Notes under the pieces: generated by a model
Database searches by the model: none
What the model was told of the DNA's origin: nothing
What the model saw: only the letters and a program-made list of their open reading frames with translations
Part shown: positions 49,805-59,668 of the stretch, one piece after another
How positions within the stretch are numbered: the first letter of the stretch is position 1
How the letters are laid out: each line of letters begins with the position of its first letter
Origin: a virus
Strand: one strand, 5' to 3'
Virus record (IMG/VR): IMGVR_UViG_3300044971_002537
Location: 1 to 64,000 of that record
DNA length: 64,000 nt
Translations under genes and position numbers: made by a program

Positions 49805-49962
49805 TGCCGCATCATAGGATTTGCACCTACCTTAGGCATCTTCTGCGTAAACAGAAGTTTATAGCCAGCAACTTTACGGGTTGCTTTGCTCCCTTCCCCC
49901 CATCCACCATTCGTAAAGCCCCTTGAGGCACTACGAGCGGTGGACAGGTTTGCGGATACGGC
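49805..49962 (-). ncRNA. 158-nt tRNA-like RNA (8-bp acceptor and 5-bp T arm around a large insert)
   Basis: GCCGTATC/GATGCGGC-A and GTAGG-TGCAAAT-CCTAT, with three internal hairpins. Confidence 0.6.
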
Positions 49963-50069
49963 GATTAGCCAGATTCCGGCTTACTTCTCATACCTTTGGA
50001 GGTTGGTCGGCTGACTTCTGCTCACGCCCAGTATAAGATCTCGGGGTCTGGTGGACCCTAGAGTCCTAT

Positions 50070-50141
50070 CTGGCCAGCTAGGACTCGAACCTAGAACCGT
50101 CGCTTTAACAGAGCGAAGCAAAACCTTTATGCTTCTGGCCA
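50070..50141 (-). tRNA. tRNA-Asn(GUU)
   Basis: TGGCCAG/CTGGCCA-G, TCGCT-CTGTTAA-AGCGA, CTAGG-TTCGAGT-CCTAG. Confidence 0.9.
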
Positions 50142-51633
50142 ATGTGGGGCAAAGCCCCTCTTATAATAAGTTGTAAAAGATCCGCTAAGATCTTATACGC
50201 CCGTACTCTCCCGTTTGATACTTTATTTTGGGGATTTTCTCAGAGATCCGGAGGATCTCACGATAGTCCCACGACCAAACGGCTGACTGAGGTGGACAGC
50301 TTGCTTTCCACCTCTGAAGGTTTCTCGCGAAATTGTTCCTCGTCCGAAGGGCTGTGTGATGATTGTACTCCCGTCGGAACGACGTGTCAAGGTCCCATTT
50401 CCGAACTTTGTGGTGACGCTGGTTTCACCAGCCTCAACCGAGACGCAGATGGCAAAAGCCATCAGTGCTTCAAGCACTCTCATGATTCTCCCCTAGATTA
50501 AGACTGTAATCATATCGAGGATCTCGAATTTTTCATCTTTAGTCATGGATTTCCTCAAAACATTCTGCAAGATGCCACTCGCCCGAGATTACGAGCATCA
50601 AGCCAAATTTGGAATCTTCCAGATGATCAATCTCATAGATGTTACCTACGGTACATCGGCAGAGATCTGAGATTCCATCCTTATGATAGTCTGGAGATTC
50701 CTTGATGCATTTGAACTTGGGGACCTTCCCCAGCTTATCCAGAATAGCTAGACAGCCAAGAGACAAACACCTCATTCGTTCTTCAGAATCAAAGATGCCG
50801 TCGCCGTCAGTGTACATACCGAGAACTGTCTCATCTCCACAGTCTGGATGTTCTACCCGAAAGTAACCATGTCGGAGACGGAAGTATCCGACATATTGGC
50901 CATCAATGAAGGCATCATACTGCTCAGGGCAAGCACCGCAAGTGCAAACAAGCTCAATTCCGAGGATATTCTGGTTCATGGCTTCGCCTCAGCACTAGTA
51001 AGAGGTTCCTCTGGAACCTCAAACAACTGGGATACGCCCAAATGATATCCCGCCATATATTCATGACTCTTAGCATTGTGGATACCATCCATGACACCTT
51101 CCTCATAAGTTCTCTTATTAGAGAACTGGTAGGTCATATCCGCCATCTGATCACGCAAGACCTGAGCTTCAGTCTTATGAAGCTCAATCTCATGATTCAG
51201 GAGTGTAACTTCCCTACTCCGAGACTCAAGCTTATGAGCACTTGAGAAGGTCATCCCCATCATAAACAGGCCAAATCCGGCAAACGCAAAATCTCTTGGG
51301 TTCATAATAGTTCCTTTATGGGTGGAATTTGATATTACTGAGCCACTTCAGTAAACTCAGGATCATGGCTCATTTCCTTTACGGCTCGGCCCAGAGCAAT
51401 GGCCAAACCACGCTTCTTGTTGTAGCAGTCGCTCTTGCTGCACTTGGCAATACCAGTGTACTGCTTTCCTTCTGAGTGAATCTCCACGATTGTAGATCCG
51501 CCCTTCGGAGACAGCATCGGAGTAAGAACCTTGGTCAGTGCGTTTTGGTAAACCCACTGATTCTTTACGATTCGATCGTGGTTGATGTAGACCCGGAAAC
51601 CAGCCTGTCGAAGCTCACTGATTAATTTGTGCA

Positions 51634-52005
51634 TTACTTTACCCCTAAAACAAAACCTTTGGAAGTGATCCTTTCGAGGATCAATAAACGATCACGGTGC
51701 GTGGGGACATAATCTTGCATGAGTTCCTTCGGAACTCCGTCCCATGCAGAAATATAGTTCTGCACATTGAAACCCCTTTTGCAACATTCCCCATAAATTG
51801 CTTCATATCTCTTACGGAGATAGAGGAGGCGAGAATATAGGAACTTCACATGTCCTGTGCCAAGTGTAAACGACTTTGGCTGATTTGCAAGAGAAAACTT
51901 GCCAGATTTCACAACATTGGGGATTCTTTTAATCTCCCTATGTTCGGCTATAAGTAGCTTATTCGGGAGTTCTTCCGGCAGAATGCCGACGTTGATTCGG
52001 GTCAT
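51634..52005 (-). CDS. denV: Pyrimidine-dimer DNA glycosylase (T4 endonuclease V family)
   Basis: MTRIN...LIAEHREIKRI...FTLGTGHVKFLY..L.YL..RY. Confidence 0.9.
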   Translation of the reverse strand: MTRINVGILPEELPNKLLIAEHREIKRIPNVVKSGKFSLANQPKSFTLGTGHVKFLYSRLLYLRKRYEAIYGECCKRGFNVQNYISAWDGVPKELMQDYVPTHRDRLLILERITSKGFVLGVK

Positions 52006-52053
52006 GAGGACATCCGGTAAAAGAGAAAGGGGGGGGCGACAGGCCCAAGGTCT

Positions 52054-52257
52054 TCAGTTCAGCCCATGTTCTTTGATCAGCCGCCTCGTTAACATCTTAC
52101 TCAGTCTCCTCTCATGAGGAACCGCCACATGCTTTTCCCCATTAGAAAAAATCTCATGCTTTCCATGCCTGCATGATTCAAATCCATTAGTCCGGAGGAC
52201 TTGAATAAACTCTATTCTGGAATACTCACGAAAGACTGCTGCCATAACACGCTCCAT
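52054..52257 (-). CDS. HicA-like mRNA interferase
   Basis: EFIQVLRTNGF....GKHEIF......VAVPH...L...L.R.LIKEHGL. Confidence 0.7.
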   Translation of the reverse strand: MERVMAAVFREYSRIEFIQVLRTNGFESCRHGKHEIFSNGEKHVAVPHERRLSKMLTRRLIKEHGLN

Positions 52258-52795
52258 GCTTTTGTAACGGAAGAGTTTAGCCCTTTCGGCCCATCCCAGA
52301 TACTGGACTCGTCATCGGATACTTCAAATAGGAAGAATCCTTGTGTAAGTACAGGAATGCACTAGCGGCAAATTCATCTCTCGCATCCTGTAGGGCACTT
52401 TCTCTTTTACTGATGCTCTGTTCGATTTGCCACTCGGTATCACAAGAGAAGAGATACTTGCCTTCGGCATAGACGTTGTAGACATCGTAATTGTCTCCAT
52501 CGATATCGCTACGGGTGCCTACTTCAATTCTGTATTTCTGATTTAGCTGCATTTTTTGCTTTCTTTTTATAGAGAGTGTCTACTCTCTTAACCAAGGCTT
52601 TGAGCTTTTTAAGCTCTCTTTGAACGGCTAACGCCATCGAGTCCTGCCACAAAAAGGAAGACTTGTCTTCCTCCATCTCGGCAACCACACGACCATAGTT
52701 CTTGAGCATTTCTGCCACCTTGAACTCGCACCGCTCCAGTTCGACAAAGTCTTCCAGATCGATCCAACCCTCAAGCTGCTCAAGGAAAGGCTTGC

Positions 52796-53275
52796 TCATG
52801 CTTCCTCCCAATATTTGGCGTCAGCACAGTGTTCCCGAACCTTATTAAAGGCCACTCTTTTGATCTGTTCAAGTCTTTGTCTGTTGTTAAGGCCCATTTT
52901 ATCCATGATTTGCCGAGAGTCAAGGCCCGATGCTCGAAGTTTTAGAAAATCCTGCTCTTGTCGTGTGAGTTTCTCGATGCCCACTATCTTTTTTACCGAC
53001 TCCTTAGCGTAGATATGCTCATGAGAGAGGGTGATGCTACCTCCCTCGGTGGGGTAATGTTGTCTAGACATAGCATCTTTCCAGATTCGTACTCTCGACC
53101 AGATAGTATGTCTGATGATATCCCCAGCGGTGATCTCATGTGGGACCCTTAATAGGCCTATAGCTACTTCCTGTTCAAGATCCTCCCTCAACATATCATC
53201 TGGAAAATTGAGCCTATATCTCTTAATGGCATATCCAATAATCCTAGTCATGTCTTTGGAGTAGATCCCGATCAT
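52796..53275 (-). CDS. Sigma70/ECF-like factor
   Basis: Region-2-like EDLEQEVAIGLL; region-4 HTH LTRQEQDFLKLR..GL...QI...MG....R..QI..VA.NKVR. Confidence 0.6.
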   Translation of the reverse strand: MIGIYSKDMTRIIGYAIKRYRLNFPDDMLREDLEQEVAIGLLRVPHEITAGDIIRHTIWSRVRIWKDAMSRQHYPTEGGSITLSHEHIYAKESVKKIVGIEKLTRQEQDFLKLRASGLDSRQIMDKMGLNNRQRLEQIKRVAFNKVREHCADAKYWEEA

Positions 53276-53287
53276 AAGCTTCGCCCT

Positions 53288-54121
53288 TTAGATGCCGTCA
53301 GGCCTGAAATCAATTAAAACTGGAAAGCGAGGGATGCCATCGGCAGTATACTCGAAGAATCTCACAGTTGCAAGAGTTCCAATATAAGATTCTGCATCTC
53401 GAAGATAATCCTCTCGGAGACTCTGATCGCCCTTTGGCACAGCTTCAAACTCGCCACCATCGCACCTTAAAAGAAAAATCGGCACATTCTCAAATTTTCC
53501 TTTACCAGCTTTGTATCCTATTACTTCAAACTCGTTGTCAGTGAACTCCTTGAACTTCAGGAGATCATAAGACCTCTTATTTTTCTGGTAGGCGGAGCCT
53601 ATATTTCTAATCATTGTTCCTTCCCAACCTTCGGATAGGAACTGCTTATGCCTAGTCTCAATCTCCTCATGGGAATTTACCAAGTACCACGGGACTACTT
53701 CAGTATGAGTAAGCCCACTCACGAGAGTGTCTAGATAGATGACTCGTTGGTGGTAGGTATCCTCATTGATAATATCAAAGGCATAGAAGAAGATGCTCCC
53801 CATCCGTGGGTCGCTTGAGTCGCCTTTACGAACTACCGAGGAAATCTGTTCAAAGGTGAGTGTACGGCTGTACAGTTCCCCATCTAGGACGATATCGTCA
53901 AATCCAGCATACTCACTGGTGATATGGTCTAGTCCAGTAAAAGTAGTGCCGGTTCTACTTGTTGTAGTCACCTGTCCGTCTTGAACGGACAAGATCATAC
54001 GACAGTTGTGAACAAGTATATTGTTAGCGAAATAGTTGTGGTTGTCCGCAACCTCTAGGTCGTACCTATCTGAGTCATTAGAGATTCTGACTATCTTTGA
54101 TATTTTTACAGATTTCATCAT
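53288..54121 (-). CDS. lig: ATP-dependent DNA ligase C-terminal part preceded by the C-half of a split intein
   Basis: IntC (39 aa) ...YDLEVADNHNYFANNILVHN, then CRM..., SRTG, LDGELY, AFDI, EGTMIR, LLKFK, PRFP. Confidence 0.9.
   Translation of the reverse strand: MMKSVKISKIVRISNDSDRYDLEVADNHNYFANNILVHNCRMILSVQDGQVTTTSRTGTTFTGLDHITSEYAGFDDIVLDGELYSRTLTFEQISSVVRKGDSSDPRMGSIFFYAFDIINEDTYHQRVIYLDTLVSGLTHTEVVPWYLVNSHEEIETRHKQFLSEGWEGTMIRNIGSAYQKNKRSYDLLKFKEFTDNEFEVIGYKAGKGKFENVPIFLLRCDGGEFEAVPKGDQSLREDYLRDAESYIGTLATVRFFEYTADGIPRFPVLIDFRPDGI
54005..54121 (-). mobile_element. Split intein C-fragment (ligase)
   Basis: Canonical block F/G ending HN, followed by Cys. Confidence 0.92.
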
Positions 54122-55154
54122 ACAGCCTAGAAAGTGTTTCAGATTTATTAGTATTGAGATCTAATTCCCAAACATACAGAATTACATACCCAAAAGACTC
54201 TATATGCGATCTCTTTATTGAATCTTTGAGCCAAATATCTTCGGCAGATATGTCGCCACGCCACGTATTTATTAGGTCAGTAGGCTTATATAGACTGGGG
54301 TTAGCATGCCATTTATCTCCATTCACCTCAACACAGATCTTATGATCAATGAGTCTTATATCAGCTATAGGAGAATAAATTCTCTGCTTAGTCTCACAAT
54401 ATTTAGAGAATATGGCTGATTCATTTTCATGCAATAGTTTTTTCTCAAACAAAAAAGTAGACACGGCTCTATGAATCTTAGAGGTTTTACCATCCCCTTT
54501 CCTGCCTCCCGGTCTCTGACACGCATGCTCGAAACCATACTTATCTAAGTTGGTCTGTCTAGCCTTTTCTTTGATCTCTTCGGACTGAAAAACATTGACG
54601 CATCCGTATTTAGCTAAAGCACTATTAACCTTCTTATCCTTAACCTCTTTTGACTGAGAGACATTCTCGCATCCGAATCTTTCTATAACGGTCCTTTTGT
54701 ATTGATCACTGACCGTCTTTAGCTTTTTAGAGTCACTAATCGAGTGAGTTTGTATGCCAAATTTTTTAGCATATCTTATTACCTCGCTAGCATGAGTGAT
54801 GAACTCTGGAGAGAAAAGTTTCTTAGCTATATAGTTGGCTGAGTATAAGGGAAGGTACTTCTCTAGGTTCTCTTTTGTTAGGTATTGTTTTGCCCTCAAA
54901 GTACTAGAAGTTTTCTTGCCCTTTTTGGGCTTACCCTTTGCTGAACAACTTCTACATAATGGCAATCTGGTTTTAAATAACGAGGTAGAGGTTATCTCAT
55001 ATTCGTGCCCGCAATCACATTTTACCAGAAGTATATCATATTGAGAGGCATATCCTTTAGCAACCCTAGTTTTTTCCCCAACCTTGTCGATCACGACAAA
55101 ATTTAAGAATCTCTGATTGACCCACTCTTGTCTGCTTCTGTGATCTTGACTCAT
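54078..55154 (-). CDS. Free-standing Vsr-like homing endonuclease
   Basis: CDCG..CRSC; three (F/Y)G..N..Q.....K.K repeats; ADI...VEVNGDKWHANP...K......GY....VWE. Confidence 0.8.
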   Translation of the reverse strand: MSQDHRSRQEWVNQRFLNFVVIDKVGEKTRVAKGYASQYDILLVKCDCGHEYEITSTSLFKTRLPLCRSCSAKGKPKKGKKTSSTLRAKQYLTKENLEKYLPLYSANYIAKKLFSPEFITHASEVIRYAKKFGIQTHSISDSKKLKTVSDQYKRTVIERFGCENVSQSKEVKDKKVNSALAKYGCVNVFQSEEIKEKARQTNLDKYGFEHACQRPGGRKGDGKTSKIHRAVSTFLFEKKLLHENESAIFSKYCETKQRIYSPIADIRLIDHKICVEVNGDKWHANPSLYKPTDLINTWRGDISAEDIWLKDSIKRSHIESFGYVILYVWELDLNTNKSETLSRLYDEICKNIKDSQNL

Positions 55155-55229
55155 GTCTGGCTCCACTAATAGAAAGAAATAATATTCCATCTATTAATAC
55201 GCCCAAGATAGACGTGAGTTAATAAAAAA

Positions 55230-55904
55230 TCAATATTCCATCAACTTTTCGTCACCAGACAACTGGTCTACTCTCCTCCAACATTGCAAATCTGGCAGAA
55301 ACACCTTGTGATTCCCGGTCAGTCGCAGCTTCGCCCCGGTCTCTGTCTCTATTTCATACCAGACGACATCAGAACTGCTCACTTCGGGCGTGTCACCGCC
55401 TTTATTCTTAAAGAAGTTCAATACCTTCTTGTATTCCACCCGATTGGTAATTACATTCAGTGATGCGACAGAACAATCTAATTTTCCATCTACTATTGAC
55501 TTTATTGGGATATATCCTAGCTCTTTTGTCTTAATTAAAGAGTCTCCAGATAAACACCCGTCAATCTTTGGGGATACCACACAAGGAAACTTCACCTTTT
55601 TACTGTGGTCCTTATATTTATGGGCGAGCATTGGCAGATTGGGAGCCTCTGTAGGAAGCTCCACCGTGTACCCCTTCCGGTCCTTCTGCTTATTCCAGAG
55701 GCCTTGGGCCTCTGAAATAGCCTGAGACTCCGCAGTCGTCTCATTGGAGCGACCGACGTTCTTGGCCTCGCAAGTCACCAGAGTCTCTTGTAGTGCTCCG
55801 TTCAGGAGCCCATGAGATACTGAGTAGGTGCCACCTTCGGTAGAGACAGACCAAACTCGAACTTTGCCTTTAGAGTCAAGTTTATGTAGTGTTGGCAAAC
55901 TCAT
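55230..55904 (-). CDS. lig: ATP-dependent DNA ligase N-terminal part followed by the N-half of a split intein
   Basis: KGKVRVW, KNVGRSNETT, PMLAH, motif I PKIDG, then IntN CLSGDS...LTGNHKV (108 aa, 55556-55233). Confidence 0.9.
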   Translation of the reverse strand: MSLPTLHKLDSKGKVRVWSVSTEGGTYSVSHGLLNGALQETLVTCEAKNVGRSNETTAESQAISEAQGLWNKQKDRKGYTVELPTEAPNLPMLAHKYKDHSKKVKFPCVVSPKIDGCLSGDSLIKTKELGYIPIKSIVDGKLDCSVASLNVITNRVEYKKVLNFFKNKGGDTPEVSSSDVVWYEIETETGAKLRLTGNHKVFLPDLQCWRRVDQLSGDEKLMEY

Positions 55905-56125
55905 AGCGTATCTCCATCAAGGGACCACATCGGGTGATGATATATAATCTTTAATGTTGTCATTGTTTCCACTTACTGAATCCGCAATAGCCAGCCTTAT
56001 TCTTATCTAGCCTACACCCAGCTTGCCAGACTTCAAACTCTGTTACTGAGGGAGAGTCTTCCAGTATGATAGCTATCCATACCAAATGTTCTATTTTACA
56101 GACTATTTCCCACTTCCCAGAAACT

Positions 56126-56344
56126 TTAATTGTCACCATTCCGCTTATTCCATCTCTCGATCATCCTCACTACATCATGCTTTGTGTCAGGATACATAGG
56201 GCCAAACATAATGGGGCACTTGGTGCATTCAATCGTGGCGGTTGTAGACTCACAATCGATATCGAATCCCTCATAGATTTTAGCTTCCGCCCCACAAAGC
56301 GGGCATCCACACAGGAGAATCGAAGATATGTCTATATCACTCAT
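56126..56344 (-). CDS. Lar-family-like zinc-ribbon protein
   Basis: CPLCGAEA...IECTKC...I.RWNKR. Confidence 0.55.
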   Translation of the reverse strand: MSDIDISSILLCGCPLCGAEAKIYEGFDIDCESTTATIECTKCPIMFGPMYPDTKHDVVRMIERWNKRNGDN

Positions 56345-57409
56345 TAGCTTCGCCTCCTATATTAATTGATAAATTGACCATGCGGCCAATCCAAGACCAG
56401 ACAAATAAAGTATTACCCAGAGAGCACAGTTGTTTGTAGGCTTATCTATCTTCAATAGACACTCGTGACATATAATAATGCCGTCAGGCCCATGATAATC
56501 TACTCCGCACCTGTAGCATCGACAGACATAATCGCCGAAGGCATAGTCGTTGTCGGGTGTCCCAGACATTGGGACTTCGTAGAGCTTCATGGCTTCGCCT
56601 TGTAAAACTTCAGATCTTTTTAAGATCCTTCATCGCCTGAAAAAATATCTCAGTAGCTCTCATTACTTCTGGCGAAGGAGGATTCTGTTCCCTATAATCG
56701 CGAGCAGTAAGCTCGAACAGATAGGCAAAACCGGGATTCCTCTCACACTTACGCCGCATCGTATTACAAGCGTGTCTGTAGATGAAATCATCCCATTTTT
56801 CAATCAGCCACTGCATACAACTCTCCGAAGCGTCATAACATTGAAGAAGACACCAATCAGGTTGATCAACACAAGAACAAAACCAAGCGAAGAGGTTGTT
56901 CGGTCTGGAGATCCAATATCTCCAAGAGTATCGAAGATCAAAACAAACTGCATGATCAAAAGAGCAAAAGCTGCGGTTCCAAGAAAATATCTCATATGTT
57001 TTCCAGTAAAAGAAGAATGGGCTGAAAGAGCCAAGGTCATCCGTTCAAGTGTTCTCGTTCATCAATCCATCTGGACCGCAAGTCAATGCATACACCCTAA
57101 TTGGTCCATCATATGGATTTGATTTGGTAGGACCATCGTCCCCAACGATCATGTCATAGAAGGCTTCCATCTCTTCTTCTGTATCAAAGATACTGAACCC
57201 TTCACCATCCATCCTGATCTGGTGGTAGTTATCGCTCTCAGGATCTAAGAAGATGAAAGCTTTCTTCTGCTCTTCCAGATATCTGCCCCACGCTTCTGGA
57301 TCTGAAGATCTTGGCTCCTCTGTGCGTAATCCAGAAAAGAAAACAGCATACTGATTAGTAGCTAAGCAATATAGCTCCATCAGTCTAATAGAAGTGGCGT
57401 AATCTTTAC

Positions 57410-57679
57410 TCATTCGATCTCATCCCTTCTTTCTTTCAACTTCTTTGCCAGTTCGGCCAACTGAGGAGCACATCTCACTATGGCATTATCAATGGCCTTC
57501 GGCCCACGATATGTTTCCTTACCAGTACCATTACATGCCCCACACTTGGGAGACCTATGACTGTCATACCTACCGCTACCACTACAGGCAGTACAATCCT
57601 TCTGTCTCCATCCATAGACATAAGAAAAGTAGTAGGTGGCCCTAGAGAGCTTGGCTTTTAGCCAGTCAGAGATGTTCAT
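57410..57679 (-). CDS. Small protein with DnaJ-type CxxCxGxG motifs
   Basis: CTACSGSG and CGACNGTG. Confidence 0.55.
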   Translation of the reverse strand: MNISDWLKAKLSRATYYFSYVYGWRQKDCTACSGSGRYDSHRSPKCGACNGTGKETYRGPKAIDNAIVRCAPQLAELAKKLKERRDEIE

Positions 57680-58503
57680 GAGTGCCTCATACTTTTCTAA
57701 GAAAAGCAAGACGGGTGAAATAAGCTTTACCACTATCTACCCAGACAATTGTGTCATTATGCTGCTTCTTGTCGAAGTTCCCGTATGAGTACAGAGCTGG
57801 TAGGCTACATCCTGTAGCAATGATAGTCCCAGTCTCCTCCCTCCCCGGCATAGCTGGATGATCGTTCTTAAAACCTCCCTTCGTGGGATAACAGGAGTAG
57901 CTTCCATCAGAAAAAGTAACTCTGTCCCCGACCTTGAGTGGTCCAACTTCTCCGATATTTGAAACTCCAGTATGGGTCAAAAATTCCATGTTGCACTCCT
58001 TAACTTCTTCAATTAAATCATAGGGATGAGGTGCTCTGTTGCACAAAGCGTATCCGCCCTCATACCACATTGCAGACACACTGGCATACCCATACGTAGA
58101 ACCATTAAAAGTAGTAATGGTGTACACTATGCCGGATCGTGACTTGTATCTTTTGCCGATTTCAAGTTTCATGGCTACGCCCTATTTGGAGGTATCGATA
58201 GTAACACACAGACCAGAACTACGTCCAGTAACCTTCAGGATAGGGCCTTCGGCCTTCAGGCCCAAAAACTCCTGAGTCGAGAAGCCATATAGGACATTGC
58301 TGAACTCAGTCCAATCTCCAGTCTTCGGGACCAGACGAAGGAAGTTAGCCAACTGGCAGGGGACCTTATCTGACCCGAAGGGTCTGAACTTCTTACCCTT
58401 TTCCCGCCATCCTAGCAGACGAATTCCATTGATTGAAGGACGCAAGCGAATCGTTCCGACGAACATGGGCTTTTCTCCAAGAAGGTTGTGTTCTGATGGA
58501 GTC

Positions 58504-58531
58504 ATTATATGATGGCTTCGCCATCTGTCAA
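58504..58531 (-). promoter_or_regulatory. Sigma70 promoter with a GGCGAAGCC hairpin as spacer
   Basis: TTGACA, spacer GATGGCGAAGCCATCA (16 nt), TATAAT. Confidence 0.75.
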
Positions 58532-59029
58532 GTGGAATTTCATAATCCGTCTAGTGAACTAATGTTCAGCTCGCCCCATTTACGTCCACCATCCTGCTCG
58601 GTTTGGATGTCCCAACATTTATCGCTGAATCGTTTATCAATCCCAGCATCAATGAGAAGAGATCCGATGTTACTTCCCTCGTGAGAGATATCGGCTCCAA
58701 GAGTGGCTATGGCCCGACCGAATAAACACCCTTTGTCCTGCTCTTCAGTGTTATCAACGAAGGGGCTATATGTTGCCGCTCCAGAAATGTCAGTACCAGT
58801 CAGAATCTGCGGACCACTAGCATATGAGCATTTGGGACTACCACACTCACGAATTTGGGCCGAAGTTACATAGGAGAAGTCCTTGTGAGTCTCTGTGAGA
58901 CTCTTAAGCTGGGCAATAAGTGCCCTCTTAAATCCAAGAGGCCCAAAGGCCTGAACGGTTTCTGATAGGGTCATTAGCTTCGCTCCCAAGAGATTGTAAT
59001 AGTTTTCCGCTTCCACCACCGCGTCTCAC

Positions 59030-59057
59030 ATTCTACCACGAATCCATCCTTTGTCAA
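59030..59057 (-). promoter_or_regulatory. Sigma70 promoter
   Basis: TTGACA, 16 nt ending TGG, TAGAAT (extended -10). Confidence 0.65.
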
Positions 59058-59639
59058 GTCTTCGAGGAAAGCTTTCCTCGCAGACTCCGGTAAAAGGAAA
59101 GGTCCGTCACATTGGAGGATTCGAAGGAACAATTGGGTAGACGTACTCCCCATTCTTCCAAGGCCAATGTCTGCTTACAGAGAAGCAGATATCTTCAATC
59201 CTAACACCATACTTCTCGGCCAATTGACCGAAGGTGACAGCACCATCCTGATTAGCATCAACTGCCATCTTATTGGCTAATTCCCAGAGGCCGACTTTGT
59301 CATAACGAAGCATAGGGCACCTATACATTTGTTCAGCGACACCACGTAACCGCTCTCCTAAACATCGGTGAAGCTTCTACTCTCAATTTTAGTTCTTCAA
59401 TTATCCACAACGCATCTTCAGCACTGATCGATATGCGAAGCCCATTAGTACCTTCGCGAATCATCCTGAAGTCGGCTCCGTGCTGATGAACCTTTGTGTC
59501 GCCGAACCACTCGATGATGTTCTCCCGGATCACTGGAACTGGGCCACTCATGGGGATTGGTTCAGAGAATAGCTCAAGTTTTCTCGGCTTGGACTCAGTT
59601 GGCCTTTGTTTTCTCATTCGTTTTCTCTTCGTTTTCTGC

Positions 59640-59668
59640 ATTTTAACAGATGCTAATCTGTTTGTCAA
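59640..59668 (-). promoter_or_regulatory. Sigma70 promoter with a palindromic spacer
   Basis: TTGACA, spacer AACAGATTAGCATCTGT (17 nt), TAAAAT. Confidence 0.7.
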
